A stretch of 64,000 nt of DNA from Dehalococcoidia bacterium (GCA_019694855.1 JAIBBD010000001.1:415-64414); one strand, 5' to 3'; numbered from the stretch's first letter, positions 28,001 to 36,600 are shown. Program-made: numbers and translations. The notes: generated from the sequence alone by a model not told the origin.

Positions 28001-29374
28001 GCGGTAGGGGTGGGCGGAGCGCATGAGGTCGAAGAGCGCGTCCTCGGCCCAGTCCTCGCACGCGCATTCGGCGACAATCTGCTGCGCCAGCACATCGAGG
28101 GGCGCGACGGGCTGCACGATGCGGTCGAGGCGGCCGTCGCGCACGGCGCGTACGAGCGCGGTGCACTCGACGAGCTCGTCGCGGGTCGTTGGGAAGAGGC
28201 GGCCCTCCGGGCGGGCGCCGAGGGCGTGGCCCGAGCGGCCGACGCGCTGGAGGAAGGTCGCGATGCTCCTCGGCGAGCCGACCTGACAGACGAGGTCGAT
28301 CGAGCCGATGTCGATGCCGAGCTCGAGGGATGCGGTGGCGACGAGAGCTTTGAGCTCGCCGGCCTTTAGTTTGTCCTCAAGCTTGAGCCGGCGTTCCTTC
28401 GAGAGGCTGCCGTGGTGGCTCGCGACATGCTCCTCGCCGAGGCGCTGCGCGAGGTGATGCGCGACGCGCTCGGAGAGCCGGCGGGTGTTCACGAAGACCA
28501 GCGTGGTGCGGTGCTCGCGGATGATTGCGGCGAGGCGGTCGTAGGTATCGGCCCACTGCTCGGCGGAAGCGACTGCCTCGAGGTCGGCGGGGGGCACCTC
28601 GATGGAGAGGGCGAGGTCGCGCTGGTGGCCGAGGTCGATGACCTCGCAGTCGGGTGAGCCGTCCGGCCGCACGCGCGCGCCGACGAGGAAGGCGGCGATC
28701 TCCTCGATGGGACGCTGGGTGGCGGAGAGGCCGACGCGGTTTGGCCTCGTCCCGTTCGCAGTCATCGTGACGTGGTCGAGGCGCGCGAGCGAGAGCGCGA
28801 GGTGGCTGCCGCGCTTGTCGCGGGCGAGCGCGTGGATCTCGTCGACGATGACGGTGCGGACATGGCGCAAGGTCTGTCGCGCGCGCTCGGCGGTGAGCAT
28901 CAGGTAGAGGGACTCGGGGGTGGTGATCAGGATGTGCGGCGGGCGTTTCACGATCGCCTGGCGGTCCGCGGCGGTCGTGTCGCCGGTGCGGACGGCAGTC
29001 CTGACCTCGGGCAGGTCATAGCCAAGTTCGGCGGCAACGGCCCGAATCTCCTCGAGGGGTGTCTCGAGGTTGCGCTGGATGTCATTGCCGAGGGCCTTCA
29101 GGGGCGAGACGTAGACGATGTCCGTGACCGCATCGAGCGTGCCGGCTTCGGCACGCCGGATGAGCGAGTCGATGCCTGCGAGGAAGGCGGCGAGGGTCTT
29201 GCCGGAGCCGGTGGGGGCGCAGAGGAGCGTGTCGCGGCCGGCCCGAATGTGCGGCCAGCCGGCGCGCTGGGCGTCCGTGGGCGCGTCGAAGCGCCGCTCG
29301 AACCAGGTGCGGACGGCGGGGTGAAACGAGGCGAGCAGCCCGGGCGCGGCGCTCTTCGCGACCATCGGCGGCAC
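25067..29374 (-). CDS. lhr: ATP-dependent helicase Lhr (long form: superfamily-2 helicase core plus Lhr C-terminal domain)
   Basis: 1435 aa; N-terminus AQRAGWPHIRAGRDTLLCAPTGSGKTLAAFLAGID, VDEIHAL (DExH), and a large C-terminal extension typical of long Lhr. The start appears to be GTG. Confidence 0.85.
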   Translation of the reverse strand: MPPMVAKSAAPGLLASFHPAVRTWFERRFDAPTDAQRAGWPHIRAGRDTLLCAPTGSGKTLAAFLAGIDSLIRRAEAGTLDAVTDIVYVSPLKALGNDIQRNLETPLEEIRAVAAELGYDLPEVRTAVRTGDTTAADRQAIVKRPPHILITTPESLYLMLTAERARQTLRHVRTVIVDEIHALARDKRGSHLALSLARLDHVTMTANGTRPNRVGLSATQRPIEEIAAFLVGARVRPDGSPDCEVIDLGHQRDLALSIEVPPADLEAVASAEQWADTYDRLAAIIREHRTTLVFVNTRRLSERVAHHLAQRLGEEHVASHHGSLSKERRLKLEDKLKAGELKALVATASLELGIDIGSIDLVCQVGSPRSIATFLQRVGRSGHALGARPEGRLFPTTRDELVECTALVRAVRDGRLDRIVQPVAPLDVLAQQIVAECACEDWAEDALFDLMRSAHPYRDLRREDYDEIVEMLASGVGEGAGRTTPLLHRDRINGVLRARRGARMVAIQNGGTIPELGDYRVIAEPDETFVGTVNEDFAIESMKGDIFLLGSTSWRIKRIEQSQVRVEDAHGAPPTIPFWLGEAPGRTIELSEEVGRLRSDVETGLRDTELLRQRLEEDCGLDEHGARQLVDYVRATRDGLGLVPTDRDIVFERFFDESGGMQLVVHAPFGARINRAYGLALRKRFCVTFDFELQAAAGDDAILLSLGPQHSFPLEDAFSFVSPRNAKEAVEQSILYTPLFPTRWRWDATRALAIPRQRGGKRVPPFIQRLRADDLLAAVFPAQVGCQENVTGPLEIPDHPLIRQTVEDCLREAMDIDGLLDVLKRIEEGSIRLHARDTTEPSPMAHEIVNGRLYTYLDDAPLEERRTRAVTLRRALPTEARELGALNLEAIQQVRDQAWPAPRDPEEVHDALLGFIALRLTDVPDWLPALEELAAVGRAAFFERVVPDSGPLPADGEGGGGGASPHAVWFPAEHIGTIRLLYPGADLPFLDIPDAARIPIAEREDARMLLLRGHCEALGPVTAAALAERVALDLGDVGRGLAMLEAGGYVLRGRFTPGLPDEEFCDRRLLARIHRYTLDQLRREIDPVTTRDYMRFLLSWHHMAPGSRMKGRTAVRHAVARLEGFEAAASAWESELLAARVDDYTPAWLDELCLAGEVTWARLTPRRAAGGGTVAASRVTPMTLALRSDLPVLLEAVRGSEEDATRPETGAAAELLELLEARGALFFDELVAGTRRLATDVEQGLRELVARGLVASDGFQGLRQLSGLWRRSGRGRRGAGYLRAAGGPPGRWAVVAAPSTGTHDLESLAEEVANVLLQRYGVVFRDVVAQESFIVPWREVLRALRRFEARGTARGGRFVSGFVGEQYALPEAVEALRRVRKDPLTGERVRIAAVDPLNLTGVLFPGPRIPSVAGRTVDYVDGIPELEPVLVASRS

Positions 29375-29376
29375 TC

Positions 29377-29390
29377 CGAACGGATGTACG
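29377..29390. promoter_or_regulatory. candidate operator GAACGGATGTACGT in the lhr/ilvA divergent intergenic region
   Basis: AT-rich 14-mer in a 68-bp divergent promoter region. Matches GAAC-RGAY-GTACGT, which also occurs upstream of the mrfA-like gene. Confidence 0.25.
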
Positions 29391-29442
29391 TTTATGGAGT
29401 ATAGCGCTCGGCTGGTGCGGGCCGGCGGTGTAGTGTGCCCCC

Positions 29443-30684
29443 ATGACTGACCTCGTCACGCTGCAGGACATCGAGGCTGCGCGCGGGCGGATCCGCGAGC
29501 AGGTGCGGGTCACGCCCCTGTGGCCGACCCAGTCACTGTCGGAGCGCCTCGGCGTCCCCCTCTCACTCAAGTGCGAGAACCTGCAGCGGACGGGCTCGTT
29601 CAAGCCTCGCGGGGCGCTGAACATGATCGCGGCCACGCCGAGGCCGGCCGGGGTCGTGGCCGGGAGCGCGGGGAATCACGCGCAGGGGGTAGCGCTGGCT
29701 GCTTCGATGCATCAGCTGCCGGCGACCGTGTTCATGCCAGCCGAAGCGCCGATCGCGAAGCGGCTGGCGACCGAGGGGTACGGCGCGCAGGTCGAGCTGG
29801 TCGAGGGCCCGCTCTCGGCGGCCATCGAGCGGGCACGTGCGTTCGCGGAGGAGCGGGGGCACTTGTTTATGCCGCCGTTCGACCACCGGTACGTTGTGGC
29901 GGGGCAGGGGACGGTTGGCCTCGAGATCCTGGAGCAGGAGCCCGAGGTCGAGACGCTGCTCGTGCCGGCGGGCGGCGGGGGTCTGCTCGCGGGGGTGGCG
30001 CTGGCGGTGAAAGCGCTGCGACCTGAGGTGCGGGTGGTCGGCGTGCAGACGCGGGCGATGCCGGGCATCGTAGACTCGCACCGCCTCGGCAGGCGAACGA
30101 CCGTGCCCGCCGTGCGGACGATCGCGGACGGCGTGGGCGTCGCCGGGCCCTCGGAACTGACGCTGTCGCTCATCGAGCGATACGTGGATGACCTCGTGGA
30201 GGTGCCCGAGGACGCGATCGCGCGAGCGGTGGTGCTGTTGATCGAGCGGACGAAGCTGGTGGTGGAGGGGGCGGGCGCGCTCGGCGTCGCTGCGCTGCTG
30301 ACGGGGGTCGCCGAGGCGCGCGGGCGCACGGTGGCCGTGCTATCCGGTGGGAACATCGATATCAACCTGCTGGACCGGATCGTGGAGCGCGGGCTCCTCG
30401 ATGAGGGGCGGCGGCAGCGGCTGACGTTCGCGGCGGCGAACGTGCCGGGGGAGCTGGCGCGGATCACGAACGCGCTGGCAGCGGGCGGGGCGAACATCAT
30501 CGAGGTGGCGCACGAGCTGGTCGTGCCGGGGCTGCCCGTGGGGGTGGCACGCATCACCGTGCGTCTGGACGTGGCGGGGCCGGAGGGTCTGACGCGCCTC
30601 GAGGTGGCGCTGCTGGAGGCGGGGCTGCAGCGGGCGATTGAGACGGACTTCGCGACGGACGCGGCGGCGGCGATGCCCTCGTAG
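29443..30684 (+). CDS. ilvA: threonine ammonia-lyase (PLP-dependent, single C-terminal ACT-like domain)
   Basis: PLP-lysine motif GSFKPRGALN; 413 aa with an ACT-like C-terminus. Confidence 0.8.
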   Translation: MTDLVTLQDIEAARGRIREQVRVTPLWPTQSLSERLGVPLSLKCENLQRTGSFKPRGALNMIAATPRPAGVVAGSAGNHAQGVALAASMHQLPATVFMPAEAPIAKRLATEGYGAQVELVEGPLSAAIERARAFAEERGHLFMPPFDHRYVVAGQGTVGLEILEQEPEVETLLVPAGGGGLLAGVALAVKALRPEVRVVGVQTRAMPGIVDSHRLGRRTTVPAVRTIADGVGVAGPSELTLSLIERYVDDLVEVPEDAIARAVVLLIERTKLVVEGAGALGVAALLTGVAEARGRTVAVLSGGNIDINLLDRIVERGLLDEGRRQRLTFAAANVPGELARITNALAAGGANIIEVAHELVVPGLPVGVARITVRLDVAGPEGLTRLEVALLEAGLQRAIETDFATDAAAAMPS

Positions 30685-30744
30685 GGCTCGATTGGCCCGG
30701 CCGCGTTGCCGTCGCGACGGGGCGCTGGCTATACTCATCGGCAC

Positions 30745-30819
30745 GCGGAAGTAGCTCAGTGGTAGAGCGCCTCCTTGCCAAGGAGGAGGTCGCGAGTTCG
30801 ACCCTCGTCTTCCGCTCCA
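30745..30819 (+). tRNA. tRNA-Gly (anticodon GCC)
   Basis: GCGGAAGTAGCTCAGTGGTAGAGCGCCTCCTTGCCAAGGAGGAGGTCGCGAGTTCGACCCTCGTCTTCCGCTCCA, 75 nt; CCA is encoded. Confidence 0.85.
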
Positions 30820-30843
30820 CTCCTCCTCTCGTCCGTCCTCGAG

Positions 30844-30930
30844 GCCGAAGTGGCGGAATAGGCAGACGCGACGGTCTCAAACACCGTTGGGGGCAACCCC
30901 GTGCCGGTTCGACCCCGGCCTTCGGCACCA
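30844..30930 (+). tRNA. tRNA-Leu (anticodon CAA)
   Basis: 87 nt with a long variable arm (GTTGGGGGCAACCCC), anticodon loop CTCAAAC and acceptor GCCGAAG/CTTCGGC. CCA is encoded. Confidence 0.8.
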
Positions 30931-30967
30931 CTGCTGCTCGTAGCCAGTCTCGAATGCAGCTAGGACC

Positions 30968-33034
30968 TCATGACGTCGAGGTAGCGGCGGGGTTCTGGTC
31001 CGATCCGTTCAGGCTGGTGCGGTTGTTCGCGAGCATCTGTGCGAGGAACGCGCCGAAGATGTTCGCCCCTCCACCGTCAGCGCCGCCGCCGACGACGATG
31101 TCTGGCGTGATCTTGAGGCCGGCGGCGGCGAGGGCCTTGGCCACCTCGATCCCGAAGAGGTTGGCCTGCCCGATCGCCTCCTGCTGTCGGTCGTACGCCT
31201 CGGCGGTCGCCTGACCGATCGCAAGGATCTTGGTGCCCTCGGCGTTGCCTTCGAGTTCGACGGCGCGCGCCCGCCCCTCGGCTTCGATGACCGTCTTCTG
31301 CCGTGTCTGCTCGGCGATCTGGACCCCGATTTGCGCACTGACGAGGTTGACCTGCTGATCCGCCTGCGCGCGGGTGTTCTCGGTGGCGATGCGCTGCTGC
31401 TCGGACTGTTGTTGCGCGACGAACATCTCCTGTTGCTGCGTCGCGATGACGCGGCGCGTCTGAATCGCCATGAGTTCCTCGGGCAGGATGATCTGCGAGA
31501 TCAGGACACGCACGCATTCGACGTGGTACTGCTCCATCTCCTCGCGGGCCCGCTTCTCTGCCTTCTCCTGTTCGAGGGCTCGGTCCTGCATGAACGCCAT
31601 TGCCTCGCTCGACGAGGCCTGGTTGCGGAATGACGAGTCGATCATCGGGTGGATGACGTGATCGATCAGGTTCTGGACCGAGCCGATCTTCGCGACCATG
31701 AGCGGGGCCTGCTCGGGATGCACGCGCATGATGACTTTCACCGACACGCGCATCTCAAAGCCGTCCCGACTGATGACGGATAGCGGATTGAAGAGCTGGA
31801 TGCGCCGGCCGAGGATCTCGCGTGGATCCGCCTTCGGGTCGGGCTGCTGCGGCTCATCGGTCACGTTTGTCTCATCGGCCCAGTCGATGGTGAGGTTGGT
31901 GGTGGGGATGACGTAAGCGAGGTAGGCCCAACGGTTCAGGTAGTAGACGCCGGGTCCGGCGACCTGCGCCTGGATGCCCCGGAATCCGCTGGGGACGACA
32001 TAACGTTCTTCGCCGGCGGCGAGGCGCTCCGTGGTCGGGGCGCTGGGCTCGGGTCCGACATTAGAGACGAGGACCGCGACCTCGCCACGTTGGACCACGG
32101 CGACGTCGTCGACTTTGACCTCGAACATGAGCGGATTCACGTAGTAGGTGCCGGGTCGCAGGAGGTCAAACTGCGGCCCGCGCTGGCCACCGCTCGCGAG
32201 GAACGCGGAGCCGTCCTGGTAATCGTTGTGGCCGGAGACGCTGGCGGCGACGACCTCACCGGCCGGCAGCGGGACACCGTCGCGAGCGGTGACCATGCCG
32301 ACCTTGCTGGCCTCGACCATGGTCGCGGGGGCGACGTTGACGTCGAAGAGGTCCGAGTTCACGCGATAGCGGCCGGGCAGCATGACGTCGATCTGTGGGC
32401 CGCGCTGCCCGCCAGCAGCGAGGAACGTCTCGCCATCCTGGAAGGAGTTATGACCGTCGACATGGGCCGCAAGCAGCCGGCCGGCTTCGATATGGCCCCC
32501 GTCGCGAGCGGTGACCACTCCCACCTCGTTCGGCGGAATGATGAGCGCGGGCTCGACGCGGATGCGAAAGAGGTACGTGTTCACGCGGTACTTGCCCGGC
32601 GGGAGCACATCAACCTGGGGGCCCTTCTGGCCTCCATTGCGGAGGAACACCTCGCCATCCTGGAATCCATCGTGACCTTCGACACGCCGGCCGAAGATGT
32701 GGCCGGGCTGGAGCGGCTCTCCGTCGATGGATTCAACGAGGCCTACCTCGTCCTCGCCGACCTCGACCATCGGTTCCTTCATGACGCGGTAGAGATACGG
32801 GATCATGACGTGCAGCCCCGGCGCGAGGACGCGGGCACGAATGCCGATCTGACCCGGGAACGCGACGACGCGGCCCTCGGGGAGGGGCGTGCCGAGGTAG
32901 CGGCGCTCGACGATGCCGATCTCCTCGCCGCCGATGTTGACCAAGGGGTGGCCGGTGAGGAGGAAGATGAGGAGTGCCGGCGCGGCGATGGCCAACAGCA
33001 CCAGCAGCGTGAGATCGAGTGGTAGCGCGCCCAT
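30968..33034 (-). CDS. flotillin-family SPFH/band-7 protein with three N-terminal ~75-aa tandem repeats and C-terminal Gln/Glu/Ala-rich coiled coil
   Basis: Begins MGALPLDLTLLVLLAIAAPALLIFLL (membrane anchor); the SPFH core and flotillin-type coiled coil (QQQEMFVAQQQSEQQRIA...) are visible. Repeats are defined by ..GHxxFQDGExFLxxGGQxGPQxDxLxPGxYRVN... Confidence 0.75.
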   Translation of the reverse strand: MGALPLDLTLLVLLAIAAPALLIFLLTGHPLVNIGGEEIGIVERRYLGTPLPEGRVVAFPGQIGIRARVLAPGLHVMIPYLYRVMKEPMVEVGEDEVGLVESIDGEPLQPGHIFGRRVEGHDGFQDGEVFLRNGGQKGPQVDVLPPGKYRVNTYLFRIRVEPALIIPPNEVGVVTARDGGHIEAGRLLAAHVDGHNSFQDGETFLAAGGQRGPQIDVMLPGRYRVNSDLFDVNVAPATMVEASKVGMVTARDGVPLPAGEVVAASVSGHNDYQDGSAFLASGGQRGPQFDLLRPGTYYVNPLMFEVKVDDVAVVQRGEVAVLVSNVGPEPSAPTTERLAAGEERYVVPSGFRGIQAQVAGPGVYYLNRWAYLAYVIPTTNLTIDWADETNVTDEPQQPDPKADPREILGRRIQLFNPLSVISRDGFEMRVSVKVIMRVHPEQAPLMVAKIGSVQNLIDHVIHPMIDSSFRNQASSSEAMAFMQDRALEQEKAEKRAREEMEQYHVECVRVLISQIILPEELMAIQTRRVIATQQQEMFVAQQQSEQQRIATENTRAQADQQVNLVSAQIGVQIAEQTRQKTVIEAEGRARAVELEGNAEGTKILAIGQATAEAYDRQQEAIGQANLFGIEVAKALAAAGLKITPDIVVGGGADGGGANIFGAFLAQMLANNRTSLNGSDQNPAATSTS

Positions 33035-33292
33035 GTCATCGCCTTTCGCACGTCTCGAGCCTGCGCAAATCGAGCAGCTCGATATCACGAATCTACGCTC
33101 TTGTAAGGCGTACGGCACCGATCGTTATCGCGCGTTGATTCTGCGACGAAACATGGCCCGCGGACGTGTTCAGCGACGACAACCGGGAGTACGATGCGGC
33201 GCGAACGGCGACGCTCCTCAGGAGACGCCGTAGACGGGCCTGCCCGCTGGCCGGCGGGTGAGCGAGTTCAGGGAACGTAAAGGCGGTGACAG

Positions 33293-33733
33293 ATGGCTCG
33301 CGTTCGACCGATGTTGCTGGCGGCGGCCGTCGCGGTGCTTGTCCTGACGTCGAGCACGCTGACGCATCATACGGCGACGGCTGCGACGCAGCCTGGCGCC
33401 GCTGAGGCGACTCGTCCGACCGCCACCGAGACTCACCACTGCGGAACGGACACGATCCAGGTCCCGGATCGAGGGGCCTATTTCGACTTCGCTGACGCAT
33501 GCGCGAACCACGATGTGTGCTACGCCACGGGCGGCAGCGAGTTCGACCGGTACCTGTGCGACCGTGCCTTCCTCTCGGACATGACCGCGTCATGTAACGC
33601 GATGTGGCCGGTGTCGAGCATCTGGGACACAGCGCAATTGCGCAGCCGGCGTCTCTGCTACGGAGTTGCGTACACCTATTACCTGGGTGTGCGCCTCGGC
33701 GGCAGCGCGTACTTCAACTACATCCCGATTTGA
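33293..33733 (+). CDS. secreted prokaryotic phospholipase A2-like protein
   Basis: Signal peptide; a Cys-rich mature domain with ACANHDVCY (the His-Asp catalytic dyad context of secreted PLA2) and 6-8 cysteines. Confidence 0.45.
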   Translation: MARVRPMLLAAAVAVLVLTSSTLTHHTATAATQPGAAEATRPTATETHHCGTDTIQVPDRGAYFDFADACANHDVCYATGGSEFDRYLCDRAFLSDMTASCNAMWPVSSIWDTAQLRSRRLCYGVAYTYYLGVRLGGSAYFNYIPI

Positions 33734-33770
33734 GTACAGCGGGCAGGCAGTCCGCGGACTGATCCGCGGA

Positions 33771-34850
33771 TCATCGCAATCGTCCGGGACGTGCGAGGAG
33801 TTCCTTGAGGGCGGCGTCGACGAACGCCTCGTCCTCCGGGCTGCGCCCGCTGCGGCCCCCGGCGCCGTGGCCGAAGATGGACGGGATCGGGCGCAGCTCC
33901 GCGTGCGGCATGCGCGCGACCTCGTAGGCGTTGTCTTCGGGCGGGAAGTAGAGGTCCGTGCTGCCGGGCATCACGATCGCCTCCGCCTCGATGGCTGCGA
34001 GCGCCTTCGCGAAGTCGCCATTGAAGCGGGGGCTGGCGGCGATGTCGGCGTGCTGCCAGGTCCAGATCATTGAGAGCATGTCGTTGGCGTCGCGGTCGAG
34101 GCGAGGCTCCTCCCAGGCACGGACGAGGTAGTCCTCGAGATCGGCGAAGCCGAGCTCCAGGTAGCGGCGTTCGCGATAGAAGGCCTGGCTCAGCGCCCAG
34201 CCCGCCCAGACGCGGCCCATCGCGCGCAGCCCGCGCTCCGGGCGCTCCTCGTAGTCGCCGTCCTTGAAGGCGGGGTCGCAGGTCAGCGCGGCCTTCACGC
34301 CCTCCAGGAAGACGTAGTTATGGACGGAGCAGCGCGCGGCGCCGCACGTCGGGAGGATGCGCTCGACCATCTCGGGGTGGTGGGCGCCCCAGTGGAACGT
34401 CTGGAGCGCGCCCATCGAGGTGCCGGTCACGAGCGCGAGGCGCTCGATGCCGAGGTGCTCGGTGAGGAGTCGATGCTGGGCGCGCACCATGTCGTCGATG
34501 GTCATGCGGGGGAAGCGGCCGCGGTCGTGGGGCGGCCGGGTGTTGCTCGGCGAGGAGGAGAGGCCGTTACCGAACATGTTCGGGACGACGATGAACCAGC
34601 GCTGCGGGTCGAGGGCGAGACCCTCCTGGAAAAACGGTTCGCAATCGGTGTGACGCTGACCGTAGGCGGTCGGGAAGAGGACGACGTTGTCGTGGCTCGG
34701 CGCGAGGTTGCCGTAGGTCTTGTAGGCGAGGCGAGCGTCGGCCAGGACCTCGCCGGACTCGAGGGGCCAGTCGCCGAGCTCGTACATCTCGTAATCGGTC
34801 ACGCGCTGCCTCCCTCGAAACGCCGGCAGCTGCCGCCGGGCCCGAGGCAA
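33771..34850 (-). CDS. homoserine O-acetyltransferase family alpha/beta-hydrolase (MetX-like)
   Basis: N-terminus LESGEVLADARLAYKTYGNL and nucleophile elbow GTSMGA match the MetX family. Confidence 0.6.
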   Translation of the reverse strand: MPRARRQLPAFRGRQRVTDYEMYELGDWPLESGEVLADARLAYKTYGNLAPSHDNVVLFPTAYGQRHTDCEPFFQEGLALDPQRWFIVVPNMFGNGLSSSPSNTRPPHDRGRFPRMTIDDMVRAQHRLLTEHLGIERLALVTGTSMGALQTFHWGAHHPEMVERILPTCGAARCSVHNYVFLEGVKAALTCDPAFKDGDYEERPERGLRAMGRVWAGWALSQAFYRERRYLELGFADLEDYLVRAWEEPRLDRDANDMLSMIWTWQHADIAASPRFNGDFAKALAAIEAEAIVMPGSTDLYFPPEDNAYEVARMPHAELRPIPSIFGHGAGGRSGRSPEDEAFVDAALKELLARPGRLR

Positions 34851-34892
34851 TCTAACACAGACGTCGTGACGGGCAGGAGCGGCGGGCGAGCC

Positions 34893-35507
34893 TCAGATGT
34901 GCTTTGGCCTCGGGCCCTTCTGGAGGGGCGCGGCCCCCGGCCCGGCGATCTCGATGTGGAAGTCGCCCGTGTAGAGGTCGAGCGCCTGGAACTCGAACCG
35001 GCCGGGGGTGAGTGTGAGCAGGCCCACCGTGCCGAGGATGCGCGGGTAGCCGTAGGGCATCGTCGGGCTGCCGGGGTTGAGGATCGTCGTGCCGGTCGAA
35101 AGGCCCCAGCCGAGCGGGATGTGGGTGTGACCGCAGAGCGCGATGTCCACGCGCTGCCCGAAGACGCGGCGGATGAGGTCGTCCGCGTACTCCTCGGGGC
35201 GGCCTTCCACGGTCTCGAGGTCATGGGTGATGCCGAGCTGGAAGCCCTCGAGCTCGAGGAGGTGCACCTCGGAGACGCGAGGGTCCTCGGGGACACCGGG
35301 GCGGCGGTGCCAGGGGTGGAGGGTGTCTCCGTTGCCGCGGGCGGAGATGACGGGGGCGATGTGCTCGAGGCGGTCGAGGACCACAAGGCTGTGCAGGTCG
35401 CCGCAGTGCAGGATGAGATCGCTGCCGGCGAGCGCCTCGTACGCCTCGGGTGGGAGATCCGGGCCCGCCTCGGGGACGTGGGTGTCTGAGACGACGCCGA
35501 TGCGCAT
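34893..35507 (-). CDS. metallophosphoesterase (YfcE-like phosphodiesterase)
   Basis: Begins MRIGVVSDTHVPE...; GDLHS, GNGD and GHTH motifs of the calcineurin-like fold. The track ORF is extended 61 aa upstream. Confidence 0.6.
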   Translation of the reverse strand: MRIGVVSDTHVPEAGPDLPPEAYEALAGSDLILHCGDLHSLVVLDRLEHIAPVISARGNGDTLHPWHRRPGVPEDPRVSEVHLLELEGFQLGITHDLETVEGRPEEYADDLIRRVFGQRVDIALCGHTHIPLGWGLSTGTTILNPGSPTMPYGYPRILGTVGLLTLTPGRFEFQALDLYTGDFHIEIAGPGAAPLQKGPRPKHI

Positions 35508-35667
35508 GTCACCTCCTCGCCTCCTCCGAGGCGTAGGCACGATCGTACCCGTGGAAGCGAGATGCGGCACATCGGACGGCAGCGCTCGTTGACAGTCCTT
35601 GGGGCCGGCGGTACAACGCGGCGCAAACGAGGCCGCCGGCCGCAGGTGTCCGAAGGGGGACCCAAGC

Positions 35668-36600
35668 ATGCCTGAGTACGAGAACGTCATTTACGAGACG
35701 CTGGATGACGGCGCCATCGCGCGGATCTGGCTGAACCGGCCCGAGTTCCGCAACGCGCAGAGCTTCCCGCTCCTGGACGACCTGAACGACGCGTTCCTGA
35801 CGGCCGAGATGGATGACAAGGTGAAGGTCGTCATCCTCGCGGGGAAGGGGACCTCGTTCTCCTCCGGGCACGACATGGGGACGCCCGGGCAGCGCTTCGA
35901 GGAGTCGCGCTTCGGGGCGACCGAGGGCACGCACCTGCGCTGGAATCGAGAGTGGGAACGCTTCTTCTTCTACCAGCAGCGGTGGCGGGACCTGCGCAAG
36001 ACGACGGTGGCGCAGGTGCATGGCCCGTGCATCGCGGCGGGCATGATGCTGGCGTGGGTGTGCGACCTGATCGTGTGCGCCGACGACACGATCTTCGCCG
36101 AGGTCGTGGGGCCCCGGCTGAACATGTGCGGCGTCGAGTGGGTGTCCCATCCGTGGGAGTTCGGGACGCGGCGCGCGAAGGAGATGATGCTGCTCGGTGA
36201 CTTCATCGACGCACAGGAGGCGCACCGCCTCGGGATGGTCAACCGCATCTTCGCGGCCGACCGGCTCGAGGAAGAGACGCTGCACTACGCGCGGCGGATC
36301 GCGCGGCTTCCGATGGCAACGGCGCTGATGATCAAGGAGACGATCAACCAGACGCAGGACATCCAGGGCTACACGAACGCCCTCAAGGCATCGTTCTCGA
36401 TCCACCAGATGAACCACGCGCACTGGGCGGAGGCGGGGCCGATGCGGCCCGCGGCGCTGCCGTCGGCGGCCGGCCAGATCCGGCCCGGCATCCAGGGCCT
36501 GGGCTTCGAGCCCCTGCGGCCGTTCGACGTCACCTCGCCGGGGTACAACGACGACCTCGACCGCATCCCGGCGGCGCGGGAGACGCCCGCGAACGCGTAA
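35668..36600 (+). CDS. enoyl-CoA hydratase/isomerase (crotonase) family protein
   Basis: Begins MPEYENVIYETLDDGAIARIWLNRPEFRNA, the crotonase-fold N-terminus; the oxyanion-hole region GKGTSFSSGHDMG is present. Confidence 0.75.
   Translation: MPEYENVIYETLDDGAIARIWLNRPEFRNAQSFPLLDDLNDAFLTAEMDDKVKVVILAGKGTSFSSGHDMGTPGQRFEESRFGATEGTHLRWNREWERFFFYQQRWRDLRKTTVAQVHGPCIAAGMMLAWVCDLIVCADDTIFAEVVGPRLNMCGVEWVSHPWEFGTRRAKEMMLLGDFIDAQEAHRLGMVNRIFAADRLEEETLHYARRIARLPMATALMIKETINQTQDIQGYTNALKASFSIHQMNHAHWAEAGPMRPAALPSAAGQIRPGIQGLGFEPLRPFDVTSPGYNDDLDRIPAARETPANA

Noticed and set aside
29371-29374. Possible frameshift at the lhr start
   Set aside because: My hand count puts the GTG start one nucleotide out of register with the track coordinates. 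This is most likely my indexing error, not a real frameshift, because the track shows an uninterrupted 1435-aa ORF.
30554-30931. 125-aa minus-strand ORF
   Set aside because: Overlaps tRNA-Gly and tRNA-Leu on the opposite strand; Arg/Pro-rich artefact.
32090-32800. Tandem ~225-bp DNA repeats (possible CRISPR or repeat element)
   Set aside because: The repeats are in frame and encode the three protein-level repeats of the flotillin N-terminal region. There is no spacer/repeat periodicity of CRISPR type and no cas genes.
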